Below, piece by piece: positions 8,873-19,800 of a DNA stretch of 64,000 nucleotides. The DNA comes from Candidatus Multivoradales bacterium. GTDB lineage: Bacteria > Acidobacteriota > Thermoanaerobaculia > Multivoradales > Multivoraceae. How positions within the stretch are numbered: the first letter of the stretch is position 1; the number at the start of each line of letters is the position of its first letter. Below the pieces are notes generated by a model. That model was not told the DNA's origin. It made no database searches and saw only the letters and a program-made list of their open reading frames with translations. The stretch spans positions 3,744,001 through 3,808,000 of the forward strand of contig CBDCWI010000002.1 of assembly GCA_965223325.1 (NCBI GenBank), read 5' to 3'. Position numbers and translations under genes: made by a program.

Positions 8873-10051
8873 ATGCTTTCGAGATGGCGGCGGACTGCGA
8901 TCGCGGGGGCGACTTTTCTGGTCGCGGTAGTGTGTCTGGGGCAGGCGGAGGAACGGCCGCGCGCGCGCGACATCGGTCTTGTTGTTGGCACCTTCGAAAC
9001 CGGTGCCCTGAACGCGATCACTGACGTCACCGGCGTCAAGGTAGGCCATCACACGGTTCATCGTGGCGATGACGTTCGCACCGGCGTGACGGCAATCGTT
9101 CCGGCTCCTGGCAACCTCTACACCCACCCGGTTCCAGCCTGGATTCACGTTGGCAATGGCTACGGCAAGCTCATCGGTGAGACCCAGGTGCGTGAGTTTG
9201 GCGAGATCGAGACCCCGATTCTGCTCACCTGCACGCTTTGTGTATGGAGCGCCGCGAATGCCCTCAAGGAGTGGATGTACGAGCAGCCAGGTATGGGGGA
9301 ACACACCCTCAACCCGGTGGTCGGTGAAACCAACGATGCTCGAGTCAACAACATGTGGTCCGACCCGATCGGCCGCGCCGAGGTCTTTCTTGCACTGGCC
9401 GATGCCAGGAGCGGCCCGGTCGCCGAAGGCAGCGTGGGGGCTGGGGCCGGGACGCAGGCCTTCGCGTGGAAGGGCGGCATCGGCACCAGTTCCCGCGTCC
9501 TGCCCCAGGAGCTTGGCGGCTACACCCTGGGCGTTCTGGTGCAAACGAACTTCGGCGGCACCCTTTCGGTGAACGGGGCGCCGGTCGGTCGCGAGCTCGG
9601 CCGCTACGCCTACCAGCGGCAGCTCGAGGGTCAATCGGCCGACGACGCCGAGGACGGTTCGATCATGATGGTGGTGGCCACCGATGCCCCACTGAACGCT
9701 CGCAGTCTCGACCGCCTCGCTCAGCGAGCCATGCTCGGGCTCGCGCGAACCGGCTCGTTCGCCCACAACGGATCCGGCGACTACGTCATTGCCTTTTCGA
9801 CCCATCCCCGCGTTCGCCGTCCGCGCCAGAGCCGCGGGCCATTTGAAACCGAAATGCTGACCAACGAGGCCATGTCGCCGCTGTTCGCGGCCGCTGTCGA
9901 GGTCACCGAGGAGGCGATCTACAACGCCATTCTGAAAGCCACCACGGTGACCAGCTCACGGGGAACTCTCGAAGCGATTCCACTCGACCCGCTCATCGAG
10001 GTCCTCGAGAAATACAGGGTGCTCGGTTGGGACAAGAGCCTCCGGCCCTAG
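8873..10051 (+). CDS. P1/S58 family aminopeptidase (DmpA-like)
   Basis: RPRARDIG, NAITDVTGVKVGH, NGYGK, KGGIGTSSR, autoprocessing NGSGD; start taken at ATG 8873 behind GGAGG. Confidence 0.92.
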   Translation: MLSRWRRTAIAGATFLVAVVCLGQAEERPRARDIGLVVGTFETGALNAITDVTGVKVGHHTVHRGDDVRTGVTAIVPAPGNLYTHPVPAWIHVGNGYGKLIGETQVREFGEIETPILLTCTLCVWSAANALKEWMYEQPGMGEHTLNPVVGETNDARVNNMWSDPIGRAEVFLALADARSGPVAEGSVGAGAGTQAFAWKGGIGTSSRVLPQELGGYTLGVLVQTNFGGTLSVNGAPVGRELGRYAYQRQLEGQSADDAEDGSIMMVVATDAPLNARSLDRLAQRAMLGLARTGSFAHNGSGDYVIAFSTHPRVRRPRQSRGPFETEMLTNEAMSPLFAAAVEVTEEAIYNAILKATTVTSSRGTLEAIPLDPLIEVLEKYRVLGWDKSLRP

Positions 10052-10168
10052 CGGCGCATCACGGAGGCGGCGTTCGAGCGCCCAGGAACTCGCTTTTCTA
10101 GCCCCTCCGAGGAGCGGGATTCTCCCGCCCATTCGACGGGCAATCCGGGAACTGCCGCACTCCCACCC

Positions 10169-10196
10169 CCAGTGAACAATCTTTCACTGGTAAAAT
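10169..10196 (+). promoter_or_regulatory. Palindromic operator-like site abutting an extended -10 element
   Basis: CCAGTGAA-N6-TTCACTGG perfect inverted repeat, followed by TGnTAAAAT, upstream of the S8 protease. Confidence 0.45.
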
Positions 10197-10252
10197 GGCG
10201 GTCTTCCCCGTTCCTGCTTTTGTCGGTTCGCTGAGGACCGCTGCCATTCCTC

Positions 10253-13200
10253 TTGCCCGGAGTTCTCATGCGCGCTGCCTCTGTGTTCGCTTTCGCCCTC
10301 GTTTGCCTACTGAGAAGACACCCGAGACGCCGCGTCTGCTTGGCGCCAGTCCTCGTTCTAGCTCTCGCCACTGTCTTGGCCGGCCCCCTTCTGGCCCAGC
10401 AAGGCACGACGAAGGTCTTGGCGCCCGCCGGCTCGTTGGACGGCCAGGCCGGAGCCCTGCGCCTGGCGACCTATGGCTCGCGGGCTCTCTACCTGCTCGA
10501 CCAGGCGGCGCTGGGTCGCGCAGCAGGCGTCGAAGGAGTTCGGGTGCTTCCCGATGCCGACCGTTTGTTGATCGAGGCGGCACCGTTCGATACCCAGCGT
10601 GAGCGGCCCCAAGTGCCGGCGGGTCTACGGGCTCTCGACTTCGAAGGTCCTGCTCTTCATGTCGTGCAGTTCGTTGGACCTGTGCAACAGGCGTGGCTCG
10701 ACGACCTGCGCTCAGAGGGAATCCAGCCCATCCATGCCGTGGCACGGCATGGCTACCTCGTCCTTGCCGACGGGGCGGCACGACGCGCCCTGCAGTTGCG
10801 CGCTTCAGGAAGGGGAGCAAGCGGCGATCCGCTTCAGTACGTGGGTGCTTGGGAGCCGTTCTGGAAACTCGGCGCGTCCTTGCGTGCTCGTAGCCGTGGC
10901 AAGGGCTCGTCTTCATCGGGCACGATTCTGGTGACCGTTCAGATGGTGCGGCATGCGGGCCGCGCGGCCTCAGAGAACCGCATCAGCGCCCTGGCGACTC
11001 GGGTCGTCAGTACCTGGCAGCCGATCCTCGCCTTCCAGAACGCGCTTGTTGAGATCGACGCGGCAATCGCGGTCGAGATCGCCCGCCTGCCAGACGTGAC
11101 CTACGTCGGCGAGCGCGGCGAACGCACCATGGACGACGAGCTGCAGGGGCAGATCATGGCCGGACAACTGACTGCCGACGGAGCGCAGCCGACCGGGCCG
11201 GGTTACGCGGCGTACCTGACGAGTCTGGGCATGAGCACCGATCCGCTCGCCTATCCGCTGGTCGATATCACCGATGACGGGATTGGAACCGGTGATGTCG
11301 ACTCGGGCGATCCGACGCTCTATGAGTTCGGCGATGCGTCGAACCCCTCGCGGCTTTCCTATGTGCAGAACTGTACGGGCGCTGCCAACGGTGGCAGCCT
11401 CGGTGGCCACGGTCATATCAACACCAGCATCGTCGGCAGCTTCGATGATCGCCTCGGCTTCCCCTACCAGGATCTCGACGGGTACCAGCGCGGCCTCGGG
11501 ATCAGCCCGTTCGGTCGCGTCTCTGGAACCCGGGTGTTCGGGCCGTCGTTTGACCTGACGGGCTGTGGCGGCACCGATGTCGGCTTGATTCGCGCCATCC
11601 AGGACGCTGGCGCAGACATCAGCACCAACTCTTGGGGCTGCTCGGGTTGCGCCGGCAGCTACGACGAGAGTTCACAGGCCTGGGATGTTGGTACCCGCGA
11701 CGCCGACCTCACCGAGGCCGGCAACCAGGAGCTCACCTTCATCTTCTCGGCTGGCAACTCGGGGCCGGTCGCCGCGACCATTGGTTCGCCGGGCAACGCC
11801 AAGAATGTGATTACGGTTGGCGCTTCGGAGAGCTATCGTCCGGCAGACGACGACGGGCCGTGGACAGACGGCTGCAACATCGGGCCTGGCGGCGCGGACT
11901 CGGCGATGGACGTGATCGGCTTCTCGAGTCGTGGTCCCGCACCGGGTAACCGCACCAAGCCCGAGGTCATCGCGCCCGGGACCCACATCCAGGGAACCGC
12001 CAGCACCAACTCCGGGTTCAATGGCAACGGAGTCTGCGACCAGTATCGCCCTGGCGACCAGACGGTTTTCGCGGCCTCCTCGGGCACCAGCCACTCCGCC
12101 CCTGCGATCGCCGGCCTCACGTCCCTGGTTCATCACTGGGTCGACAGTCGCCTCGAGCGCTTGGGCGACTCGACTCACGCGTTGAGCCCAGCGCTTATGA
12201 AGGCGTACCTGATGGCACACCCTGCCTACCTGACAGGCGTGGACGCGGGCGATGACCTGCCGAGCAACAACCAGGGCTATGGCATGCCAACCCACCAGCT
12301 CCTGTTCGACGACGCCGCGCGCGTGCTGCTCGACCAGACGGTCGTGTTCGACGCGGTCGGCGAGGAATGGACCTGGCAAGGCTCAGCCGCCGACCCGGCA
12401 CGGCCGGTGCGCATCGTCATGGTGTATACCGACCAGGCCGGTGCGATCGGGACCAGCCCTCAGGTCAATGATCTCGATCTCGAGGTGCGAGCAGACAACG
12501 TGATCTACCGCGGCAACAACATGAGTGGCGCTGTGAGCGTTCGAGGTGGAGTGTTTGACGCAACCAATAACTACGAGGCCGTGTTCCTGGCTAGCGGTGT
12601 CGGAGCGATCGAAATCACCGTTGGAGCGGTCGACATCGCGGGCGATGGCGTTCCCAACACCGGCGACGAAACCGATCAGGACTTCGCCCTGGTTTGCTAC
12701 AACTGCGCCGCGGAACCGACCTTTGCGCTCGAGGTCACACCGCGCGAACTGGCGATCTGTGCACCCGAAGACGCGTCGTTCAACGTTCAGGTCGCTTCGA
12801 TCCTCGGCTTTTCCGACGCCGTCGACCTCGACTCGAGCGGTGTGCCCGCTGGCGTGTCGGCTGTGTTCTCGAGCTCGTCGGTGATTCCGGGTGATTCGGC
12901 GACCCTCACCTTGAGCGGGACGGGCGCGGCCGAGTCGGGACGCTATGACCTCGTGGTCACCGGAACCTCCGGTTCGCAGAGTCGCACTGCACACGTCGCC
13001 CTCGATCTCTTCGATACGAGTCCGGGTAGCGTCGTGCTCGAAGCCCCTCTAGACGATGCAGCTCTGGTCGACTCGCCGGTGACCTTCAGTTGGAGCGCAC
13101 CTCCTGGCGGTGGTACGGCAACCCTCGAGGTAGCGACCGACTCGTCGTTCCAGGATCTGGTCGCTGAAGTAACGGAGATCACCGGAAGCACCTACACGGC

Positions 13201-13960
13201 AGCCAGCCTCGAGAGCGGCACTCGCTACTACTGGCGTGTCAGGCACCGCAACGCCTGTGGCACCGCCGACTGGTCGGAGACCCGCACGTTCGAGACCACG
13301 CCGCTCCCGGGTGATTGCCCCGCGGGCAGTGAGAAGACCACGTTCTTCCTCGACGACTTCGAGACTGACGTTTCAGGTTGGGAGACCGACGGTCCAGGCG
13401 CGACCTGGTCGGTCGAGCCGGGACGCGCCCACAGCGGCAGCAGAGCTTTTCACGCCGCCAACGTTTCAACGGTCTCCGATCAGCGCCTGGTGACACCGGC
13501 GGTGACCCTGCCGACCGGAATGACATCGCTGTCCTTTGTCTTCTGGCAGTACCAGGCAATGGAGAGCGCCGGCAGCCAGTCGTGCTTCGATGGTGGCGTT
13601 GTCGAGGTCTCGACCGATGGTGGCGACTCCTGGTCGGCAGTCGACAACGAGATCATTCTGACCCAGGCCTATGACGGACCGCTGGCGGGTTCGCACGGCA
13701 ATCCACTCGGGGGCCGCGATGCCTGGTGCGGAGATCCGCGTGACTGGATGCGTTCGGTGATCGCGCTCGACGAGTTTGCGGGGTCTTCGGTTCAGCTGCG
13801 ATTCCGGCTCGCAACCGACGCGTCGATCGGTCGCGAGGGTTGGTTTGTCGATGATGTCGAGGTGCGCGGTTGCCGGGTCACCGACCCCCATATCGAGTCC
13901 CTGTTCGAGGACGACTTCGAAAGTGGCAACGCTTCGTCCTGGTCTTCCGAGACTCCCTGA
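10253..13960 (+). CDS. Large secreted S8 (subtilisin-like) serine protease with C-terminal Ig/Fn3-like and jelly-roll domains
   Basis: Triad DITDDG / GHGHINTS / SGTSHSAP, oxyanion SAGNSG, FSSRGP, KPEVIAPG; Fn3-like YYWRV; DGGVVEVSTDGG; start codon uncertain. Confidence 0.9.
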   Translation: MPGVLMRAASVFAFALVCLLRRHPRRRVCLAPVLVLALATVLAGPLLAQQGTTKVLAPAGSLDGQAGALRLATYGSRALYLLDQAALGRAAGVEGVRVLPDADRLLIEAAPFDTQRERPQVPAGLRALDFEGPALHVVQFVGPVQQAWLDDLRSEGIQPIHAVARHGYLVLADGAARRALQLRASGRGASGDPLQYVGAWEPFWKLGASLRARSRGKGSSSSGTILVTVQMVRHAGRAASENRISALATRVVSTWQPILAFQNALVEIDAAIAVEIARLPDVTYVGERGERTMDDELQGQIMAGQLTADGAQPTGPGYAAYLTSLGMSTDPLAYPLVDITDDGIGTGDVDSGDPTLYEFGDASNPSRLSYVQNCTGAANGGSLGGHGHINTSIVGSFDDRLGFPYQDLDGYQRGLGISPFGRVSGTRVFGPSFDLTGCGGTDVGLIRAIQDAGADISTNSWGCSGCAGSYDESSQAWDVGTRDADLTEAGNQELTFIFSAGNSGPVAATIGSPGNAKNVITVGASESYRPADDDGPWTDGCNIGPGGADSAMDVIGFSSRGPAPGNRTKPEVIAPGTHIQGTASTNSGFNGNGVCDQYRPGDQTVFAASSGTSHSAPAIAGLTSLVHHWVDSRLERLGDSTHALSPALMKAYLMAHPAYLTGVDAGDDLPSNNQGYGMPTHQLLFDDAARVLLDQTVVFDAVGEEWTWQGSAADPARPVRIVMVYTDQAGAIGTSPQVNDLDLEVRADNVIYRGNNMSGAVSVRGGVFDATNNYEAVFLASGVGAIEITVGAVDIAGDGVPNTGDETDQDFALVCYNCAAEPTFALEVTPRELAICAPEDASFNVQVASILGFSDAVDLDSSGVPAGVSAVFSSSSVIPGDSATLTLSGTGAAESGRYDLVVTGTSGSQSRTAHVALDLFDTSPGSVVLEAPLDDAALVDSPVTFSWSAPPGGGTATLEVATDSSFQDLVAEVTEITGSTYTAASLESGTRYYWRVRHRNACGTADWSETRTFETTPLPGDCPAGSEKTTFFLDDFETDVSGWETDGPGATWSVEPGRAHSGSRAFHAANVSTVSDQRLVTPAVTLPTGMTSLSFVFWQYQAMESAGSQSCFDGGVVEVSTDGGDSWSAVDNEIILTQAYDGPLAGSHGNPLGGRDAWCGDPRDWMRSVIALDEFAGSSVQLRFRLATDASIGREGWFVDDVEVRGCRVTDPHIESLFEDDFESGNASSWSSETP

Positions 13961-14001
13961 GCGCGCGGCAGTCGCTCCCGCTCCTTCTGCTGGAGTGGGG
14001 G

Positions 14002-15543
14002 CTACTGGAGTCGAGCGTTCCTCTCGCCATCGATGACGACGGGCCATCCGCAGGCGTCCTGTTCGCATAGTGCGCTCAGGGTGTCTCGGTCTTCGATGTT
14101 CGCCCAGGTACGTGAACCGTCAGGCAGGCGACAGGCGAGATGGGCGACCGTTGGCTCGTTGCCGACCTCGGCGGCTTTGCCGTAGAGATCGGTGTAGGAC
14201 TTCGTGGGCTTCGGCGGGTTGTGGCCGAACATGACGGTATACGCCTCGATCTCGGCCGTGGCGCGGTGTGACGCCTCGACCCTACGTTTCGGCAGGGCGT
14301 CGACCTCCCGCTGCAGGTTCTGTTGGCGAAACGGGTGCGAGGGTTGTCGACGCGTGTAGACGCCAAACGCGTGCTTGGTGAGCATGCCGCCATTGGCGGT
14401 GACCAGGGCACGGCCGTCGGAGGTTTCGCGCAAGAGCTCGACCGTTCGTGCGATCGAGTGCATGACGTAGTTGTTGAGCGGGCCGCCGCCAAACGTGAGC
14501 CCCCCGGTGACCGTCAGCGGCCGATCGAGGGCGAGACCGAGCTCGGCAGCCGCGACCTGAACCGCACTCGGGAAGCAGCTGTACAGGTCGATGAAGTCGA
14601 GCTCGCTGGCCTCGACCTCGGCGAGCTCGAGCACGCGCTGACCGGCGAGGCGGATGGCTGGTGAACGGTGAAGGTCGTTGCGCTCGGAGACGTAGTAGTG
14701 GTCGTAGGCGTCGGTACCGCTGGCCGGAAAGACGATGCGCTCCTCTGGTACGCCCAGCCTTCGTGCCGTCTCGAGCGAGCACATGATGAGGGCGGCGCCC
14801 ATGTCGACGCGCATGTTGGCCATCATCAACTTGGGGTAAGGGTAGGAGATCAAACGGTTCGAGGCAGCAGGCGTAGCGATTTCTTCCGCTGTGACGGGTC
14901 GTCGGATCCAGGCGTTGGGGTTCTTTTGAGCAACCTCGCTGAAGCTCGCCCACAAGCGGGCGACGCGCTCGCGGTGCTCACGCGGGGTCTCGCCGCGTTG
15001 GTGGCGTAGTGCGGTTTCGAACATCGCGTAGTACTGCGCCGGGCGTGCGATCCCGCAAGCCATTTCCTCCTCGTGACGAGTCCACTTCTGGTCGCCGTAG
15101 GTGACATCGGCATCCGGCAGGAAGTCGTTGCCCTTGCGTTCGAGCCAGTCAACGTCGAGACCGGCTTTCTGGGCACGTCCCAGGGTGCGCCCACACTCGG
15201 CTCCGGTGATCACGATCACATCGCGGTCACCGCTTTGGATTTCAGCTGCGCTCTGGTTGACGATCCACTGCACGTGGTTGCCGCCCAGCACCGAGAGGCC
15301 AGTTTCGACGTTGGTGAGACCGAGCTTCTCGGCGATCTCGAGGGCGGGGTTCGCATACCCCCAGATGCCCTGGATGACTCGCACCGAAGAAGCGTGCCTG
15401 ATGAGATCGGGCGCGTCGCTATCGATCGACGCCCGCTCGATCGCATCGATCATCAGCTCGAGCGGCGGCCTGGCGGCTCGCGGGTCGTCTTCGTGCTGGA
15501 GAACTTGCGAGACGCCAACAAGAACAGGCGTGGCTTGGTTCAT
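14002..15543 (-). CDS. Acetyl-CoA acetyltransferase (thiolase-like) family protein
   Basis: PVLVGVSQ start, ISYPYPKLM, DLYSCFPSAVQ, LTVTGGLTFGGGPLNNY, NGGMLTKH; true start placed at MNQATP (15543). Confidence 0.85.
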   Translation of the reverse strand: MNQATPVLVGVSQVLQHEDDPRAARPPLELMIDAIERASIDSDAPDLIRHASSVRVIQGIWGYANPALEIAEKLGLTNVETGLSVLGGNHVQWIVNQSAAEIQSGDRDVIVITGAECGRTLGRAQKAGLDVDWLERKGNDFLPDADVTYGDQKWTRHEEEMACGIARPAQYYAMFETALRHQRGETPREHRERVARLWASFSEVAQKNPNAWIRRPVTAEEIATPAASNRLISYPYPKLMMANMRVDMGAALIMCSLETARRLGVPEERIVFPASGTDAYDHYYVSERNDLHRSPAIRLAGQRVLELAEVEASELDFIDLYSCFPSAVQVAAAELGLALDRPLTVTGGLTFGGGPLNNYVMHSIARTVELLRETSDGRALVTANGGMLTKHAFGVYTRRQPSHPFRQQNLQREVDALPKRRVEASHRATAEIEAYTVMFGHNPPKPTKSYTDLYGKAAEVGNEPTVAHLACRLPDGSRTWANIEDRDTLSALCEQDACGWPVVIDGERNARLQ

Positions 15544-15556
15544 CGGCGGCTGGTCC

Positions 15557-16585
15557 TCAGTCGGCGAGGCGATAGATGCGGCGAGCGTTGCGGTAGAACA
15601 TCGCGTCGCGCTCGTCAGCCGAGTACTGTGCGGCGATCTTCTTGAGGCCGTTCCACAGCACCCGGTAGGACAGCGACCAGCGATCGACCGGGAAGTTGCT
15701 CTCGAACATGCACCGACGCGGACCGAAACACTCGATAGTGTGGTGGTAGTAGCGCGCCTGTGCGGCAACGAACTCATCAGACGTTGGCGGTCGCTTCTGG
15801 GTGTGCCAGCCGAAGCCGTTGTCGGGCATGGCCAGCCCACCGAGCTTGGCGACGACGTTGGGACAAGCGGCGATGCTTTCGATGTCCTTGGTCCAGGTCT
15901 TGAAGATCTGTTCGCGCAGCCCGGCGTAGGGCCCCACCCCGAGCGGAGTGCCGAAGTGGTCGAGGACCATGATGGTGTCGGGCACCGCCTCGGCGAGGCC
16001 ACGAAAAGCCGCGTTCTGATGGTGGTAGTGCCAGGTGTCGTAGGTGTAGCCGAGCTCACCGAGCTTCCGGACCCCGGTGCGAAATGCCGGATCTTCGTAG
16101 AGGCCCAGAGGAGCCCGCCCCGGGATCGTCAGCGCTTCGGGATGAGGGTCGCGCGCGCCTGAGTGCCGAATGCCTCGGAAGAGCCCATCACCGGCTTCTT
16201 CATGCGCAGCGAGGATGCGCTCGAGCTGAGGGTGCCTCAAGTCGGCACGAGAGACACAGCCGGCGATCACCGCTTGTGTACTCGCGCCCTTTCGACTGGC
16301 TGCGGCTTGTAGGGCTACAAAGGCGGTTTCGCCCACCGAGCGCAGTTCTTCGGGACCATCGGTGTGGTAGGCCTCGCCGCACTCGAGAAACACCGTCTTC
16401 GAGACCTTGTGGCCGGCGCCGGTGTCTCGCCAGAGCTCAGGGAGCAGGTAGCGGCTTCCGCGACGGTCTGCCCACAGGTGATGGTGCGGATCGATGATGC
16501 GCTGTTCTGGATCGATGACGTCTTCGTCGACGAGCGCCAGCCACTTCTCACGGTCGCTGAGTGGAGCGTGTCGTTCATGCGTCAC
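15557..16585 (-). CDS. Amidohydrolase_2 family protein
   Basis: IIDPHHHLW, GIRH, VLDHFG, RCMFESNFPVD motifs. Confidence 0.9.
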   Translation of the reverse strand: MTHERHAPLSDREKWLALVDEDVIDPEQRIIDPHHHLWADRRGSRYLLPELWRDTGAGHKVSKTVFLECGEAYHTDGPEELRSVGETAFVALQAAASRKGASTQAVIAGCVSRADLRHPQLERILAAHEEAGDGLFRGIRHSGARDPHPEALTIPGRAPLGLYEDPAFRTGVRKLGELGYTYDTWHYHHQNAAFRGLAEAVPDTIMVLDHFGTPLGVGPYAGLREQIFKTWTKDIESIAACPNVVAKLGGLAMPDNGFGWHTQKRPPTSDEFVAAQARYYHHTIECFGPRRCMFESNFPVDRWSLSYRVLWNGLKKIAAQYSADERDAMFYRNARRIYRLAD

Positions 16586-16828
16586 GGCACGTTCTCCGGG
16601 GTGTGAGCGTCATATGAGCGCAAGCGAAAAATTGGGAATTCTCGGGTGGTTGGTGATTCGCGCGATGAAAGCTAGAGTGTCGGCAACATCCAACACAGTG
16701 TCTTGAGATCGTAGCGTGAACAACCAGCGCTAGAGATCCCGAAGGCACCGTCATGACCGAAGCGCCCCTCGTCGGGGGCGGTTGGTCCCGTTTTCGTAGC
16801 GAGTCCTTCACTTCCCGGGAGTTCCAAC

Positions 16829-19800
16829 ATGAAGAAGACCCTCCTACTGATCGCGATCGCGCTCCTTCTGAGCCCGAACGTGCTGCTCGCCGACGGTCCC
16901 GAGACGGGCGTCGTCAGTGGCACCGTTACCGACCCGAGTGGCGCTCCGCTGCCGGGCGTGACGGTGACCCTCACTGGTGACCGCGGAGAGAAGAGCGCAA
17001 TCACCGAGAACGACGGTGCATATGTTTTCGCGCTGGTGACGCCGGGAGACTACGTCGTGCGTGCCGTGCTCGAAGGCATGGGCGAAGCACAGTCTGCGGC
17101 GCTTGTCACCGCCGGCGCGCGCGCGTCCATCGATCTCAAGCTCGCGCCGTCGACTTCAGAGGAGATCACGGTCACCTCCGAGGCGCCGATGGTCGACAAG
17201 TTCAACACCGCCGCCGGCCAGACGATGCAGTCCGAGGTCGGGACCGAGGTCACCGGTGAGAACCGCACGTACTACGGGGTGATCAACTTCATGCCGGGTG
17301 TGACCAACGACGACGAGAACGCCGATCTTTCGAGCAGCCGTCCGAACATCAACGGTTCGACCTGGGCCGACTCAACGGTCTATATCGATGGCGTCGACAC
17401 GACGTTTGCACGCTACGGCGGTTCGCGCGTCTTCCTGCCGTCGTCGGCGACCACCGCGGTCAGCCTCGAATCGGGTGGTCTTTCGGCTGAGTACGGCCGC
17501 ACGATCGGCTCGGCGACCAACGTCATCGTCAAGTCGGGTACCAACACCTTCCACGCCGAGGCGGTCTATGGTCGGACGGACGAGGAATGGAACTCAGAGT
17601 TCGATAGCCATCCCGAGCTCGAGCAGCGCCAGAGCGATACGCGCCCGGCTGATTTCTTCAAGCGCACCGAGCAGGAGAAGGCTTCTAACGACAACCAATA
17701 CGAGATTGCTCTCGGTGGTCCGCTCAAGCGCGACAAGGCGTGGTTCTTCATCTCTGCCAACGAGTTGAACTCGAACCGCACCGGCAAGACGATCAACGGC
17801 GATGCGGTCGACGAAAGCGGCATCACCGAGTCGCGGATCATCAAACTGAACTTCCAGCCGACCCAGCGACAGTCCTTCTCGCTCAGCTGGATCGATACTC
17901 CGGTGTTCCGGAACTTCCGCCTCGAACCAGTTTACGACCGCTATGCGATGACGCCGCATGACATTTCAGGCGAGCTCTTCTCTCTGAGTTACAACAACTC
18001 GCTGTCGAGCAAGGTTTTCCTCGAGCTCAAGCTCGCCGACCAGACGTCGAACGAGAACAAGCTCCTCGCCTTTGGCGGACTCGACATTGCTGCCGCGACC
18101 GCGGTCAAGCAGCAGGATCCGCGTTTCCCGGCGAACCCCGCCGGCGGGCCCGCCTGGCCAGGCAACAACTTCAGCCCCTACCTCGACGGTGACGGTTGGC
18201 ATAACGGTTGGTTGCTCGATAACGGTTATGGCCTCAACGAGTTTCCGCGCGAGCAACTGAACCTGGCGTTCACTCAGTTCGCCGGCCAGAACCACGAGCT
18301 GAAGTATGGCCTCGATGCGCAACAGGTCGAGTGGCTGGGCGACGTCCGGCGAGAGAACCTCTACAGTGGTCAAGGTGACAACCAGTTCGAAGCGTTGAGT
18401 CCTTCAGGGTTCCGCAACGACTTCTCCCTCAACCCGTGGGGAGTCGCCTGCGACTTCACAACCGGCGACAGCTGCATCATTCAGGACTACAACCACCCGG
18501 CCCTGCTGGCTGATCTGGGCTCGAACGACACCAAGAGCCAGAACGTGGCGCTCTACCTCCGCGATCGCTTCACCGTCGGTGACAAGTGGGTGTTCAACTT
18601 CGGTGCCCGGGTCGAGAACCAGGTGCACGAGAACGACATCGGTCGTGAAGTCATGGACTCGACCGACATTTCGCCACGCCTGAGCTTGAGCTACGACCTG
18701 AGCGGCGACGGCAGCAAGCTGATCTCGTTCTTCGCTGGCCGGTCCTACAACCAGCTTCCGCAGCAGGCGATCAACGAGTACCTGCAGGATCAGTTCAACG
18801 GCTACAACGGCTACGAGCGGAGGCTCTTCCTCGACTGTGCGTTCATCAACTGCGGTTTTGGCACGGGTGCCTTCCCGGCTCCGCTTGGCTACAGCGTTCC
18901 GGGCTCGAGCCTCGGCTTCATTCGCCCGGGCGGGCAGTGGGACCTGGTCGATGCCGGGGTATTCCAGTCCGACATCGAGCCGTACCACAAGGACGAAGCG
19001 ATTCTGGGCTACGAGTGGCAGTTCTCTCGCAACTGGGCGTTCGACGCCAAGGGGATCTACTGGAAGGTCGATAATCTGATTGGCTCGACGTGGCAGCTGG
19101 CGGAGTTGAACGGCCGGTTGGAGATTTTCCGGCTGACCGCGAACCACGGTGACTATCCGTCGATCCTGAACGCGGTGCGCGAAGCCGCTTCACCTTCGGT
19201 TCAGCCTCGTCTGGCCCAGGCCGATACGCTGGCGCAATATCGCGAGCCAGATCGCGACTACAAGGCTCTGCAGCTGCAGATCAACCGCCGCTTCTCGAAC
19301 GGGTGGGGATTGTTCAACAACGTGACTTGGAGCCGCGCCGGCGGTTCGTCGCACGGTGATGTGTTCAACAACACCAACGACACCTACGGCGAACAGCTCG
19401 AGCAGGTCATGACCCAAGTCGATATCGACAACTGCCAGGCACGTCAGGCCGCACGCAACTTCCCCGTCGACTGCCAGGCGGCCTGGGGTCCCTTCCTTGG
19501 TCAACCGCTGTCGATCATCAACCGCGATGGCCGCGCGTCGTTTGACCGCGAGATCATCGCTAAATCGAGTGGTTGGAAGGTCTTCGACTTGAGTGCCCGG
19601 CAGACGCTCACGATCGGTGGGCATTTCACATACCAGTCAGGCAAGCCCTGGAACCGCTCCGAAGGCGCTGGGGGCAGCAACATCACGATTGGTGACGGAA
19701 TCCCACAAAGCACCGGAGTTTCGGTTGCGCTCGAGGATCGCGGCGCGCGCCAGATCGGTTCGCACTGGTGGGTCAACGCCTCAGCGGCCTACGGTTTCCC

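Noticed and set aside
10120-10170. Cobalamin riboswitch (GGGCAATCCGGGAACTGCCGCA resemblance)
   Set aside because: Only fragmentary similarity; no B12 box or sufficient length; the downstream gene is a protease.
15544-16059. N-terminal extension of the thiolase-like ORF (685 aa call)
   Set aside because: It overlaps the amidohydrolase in another frame and is Ser/Thr/Arg-rich shadow translation.
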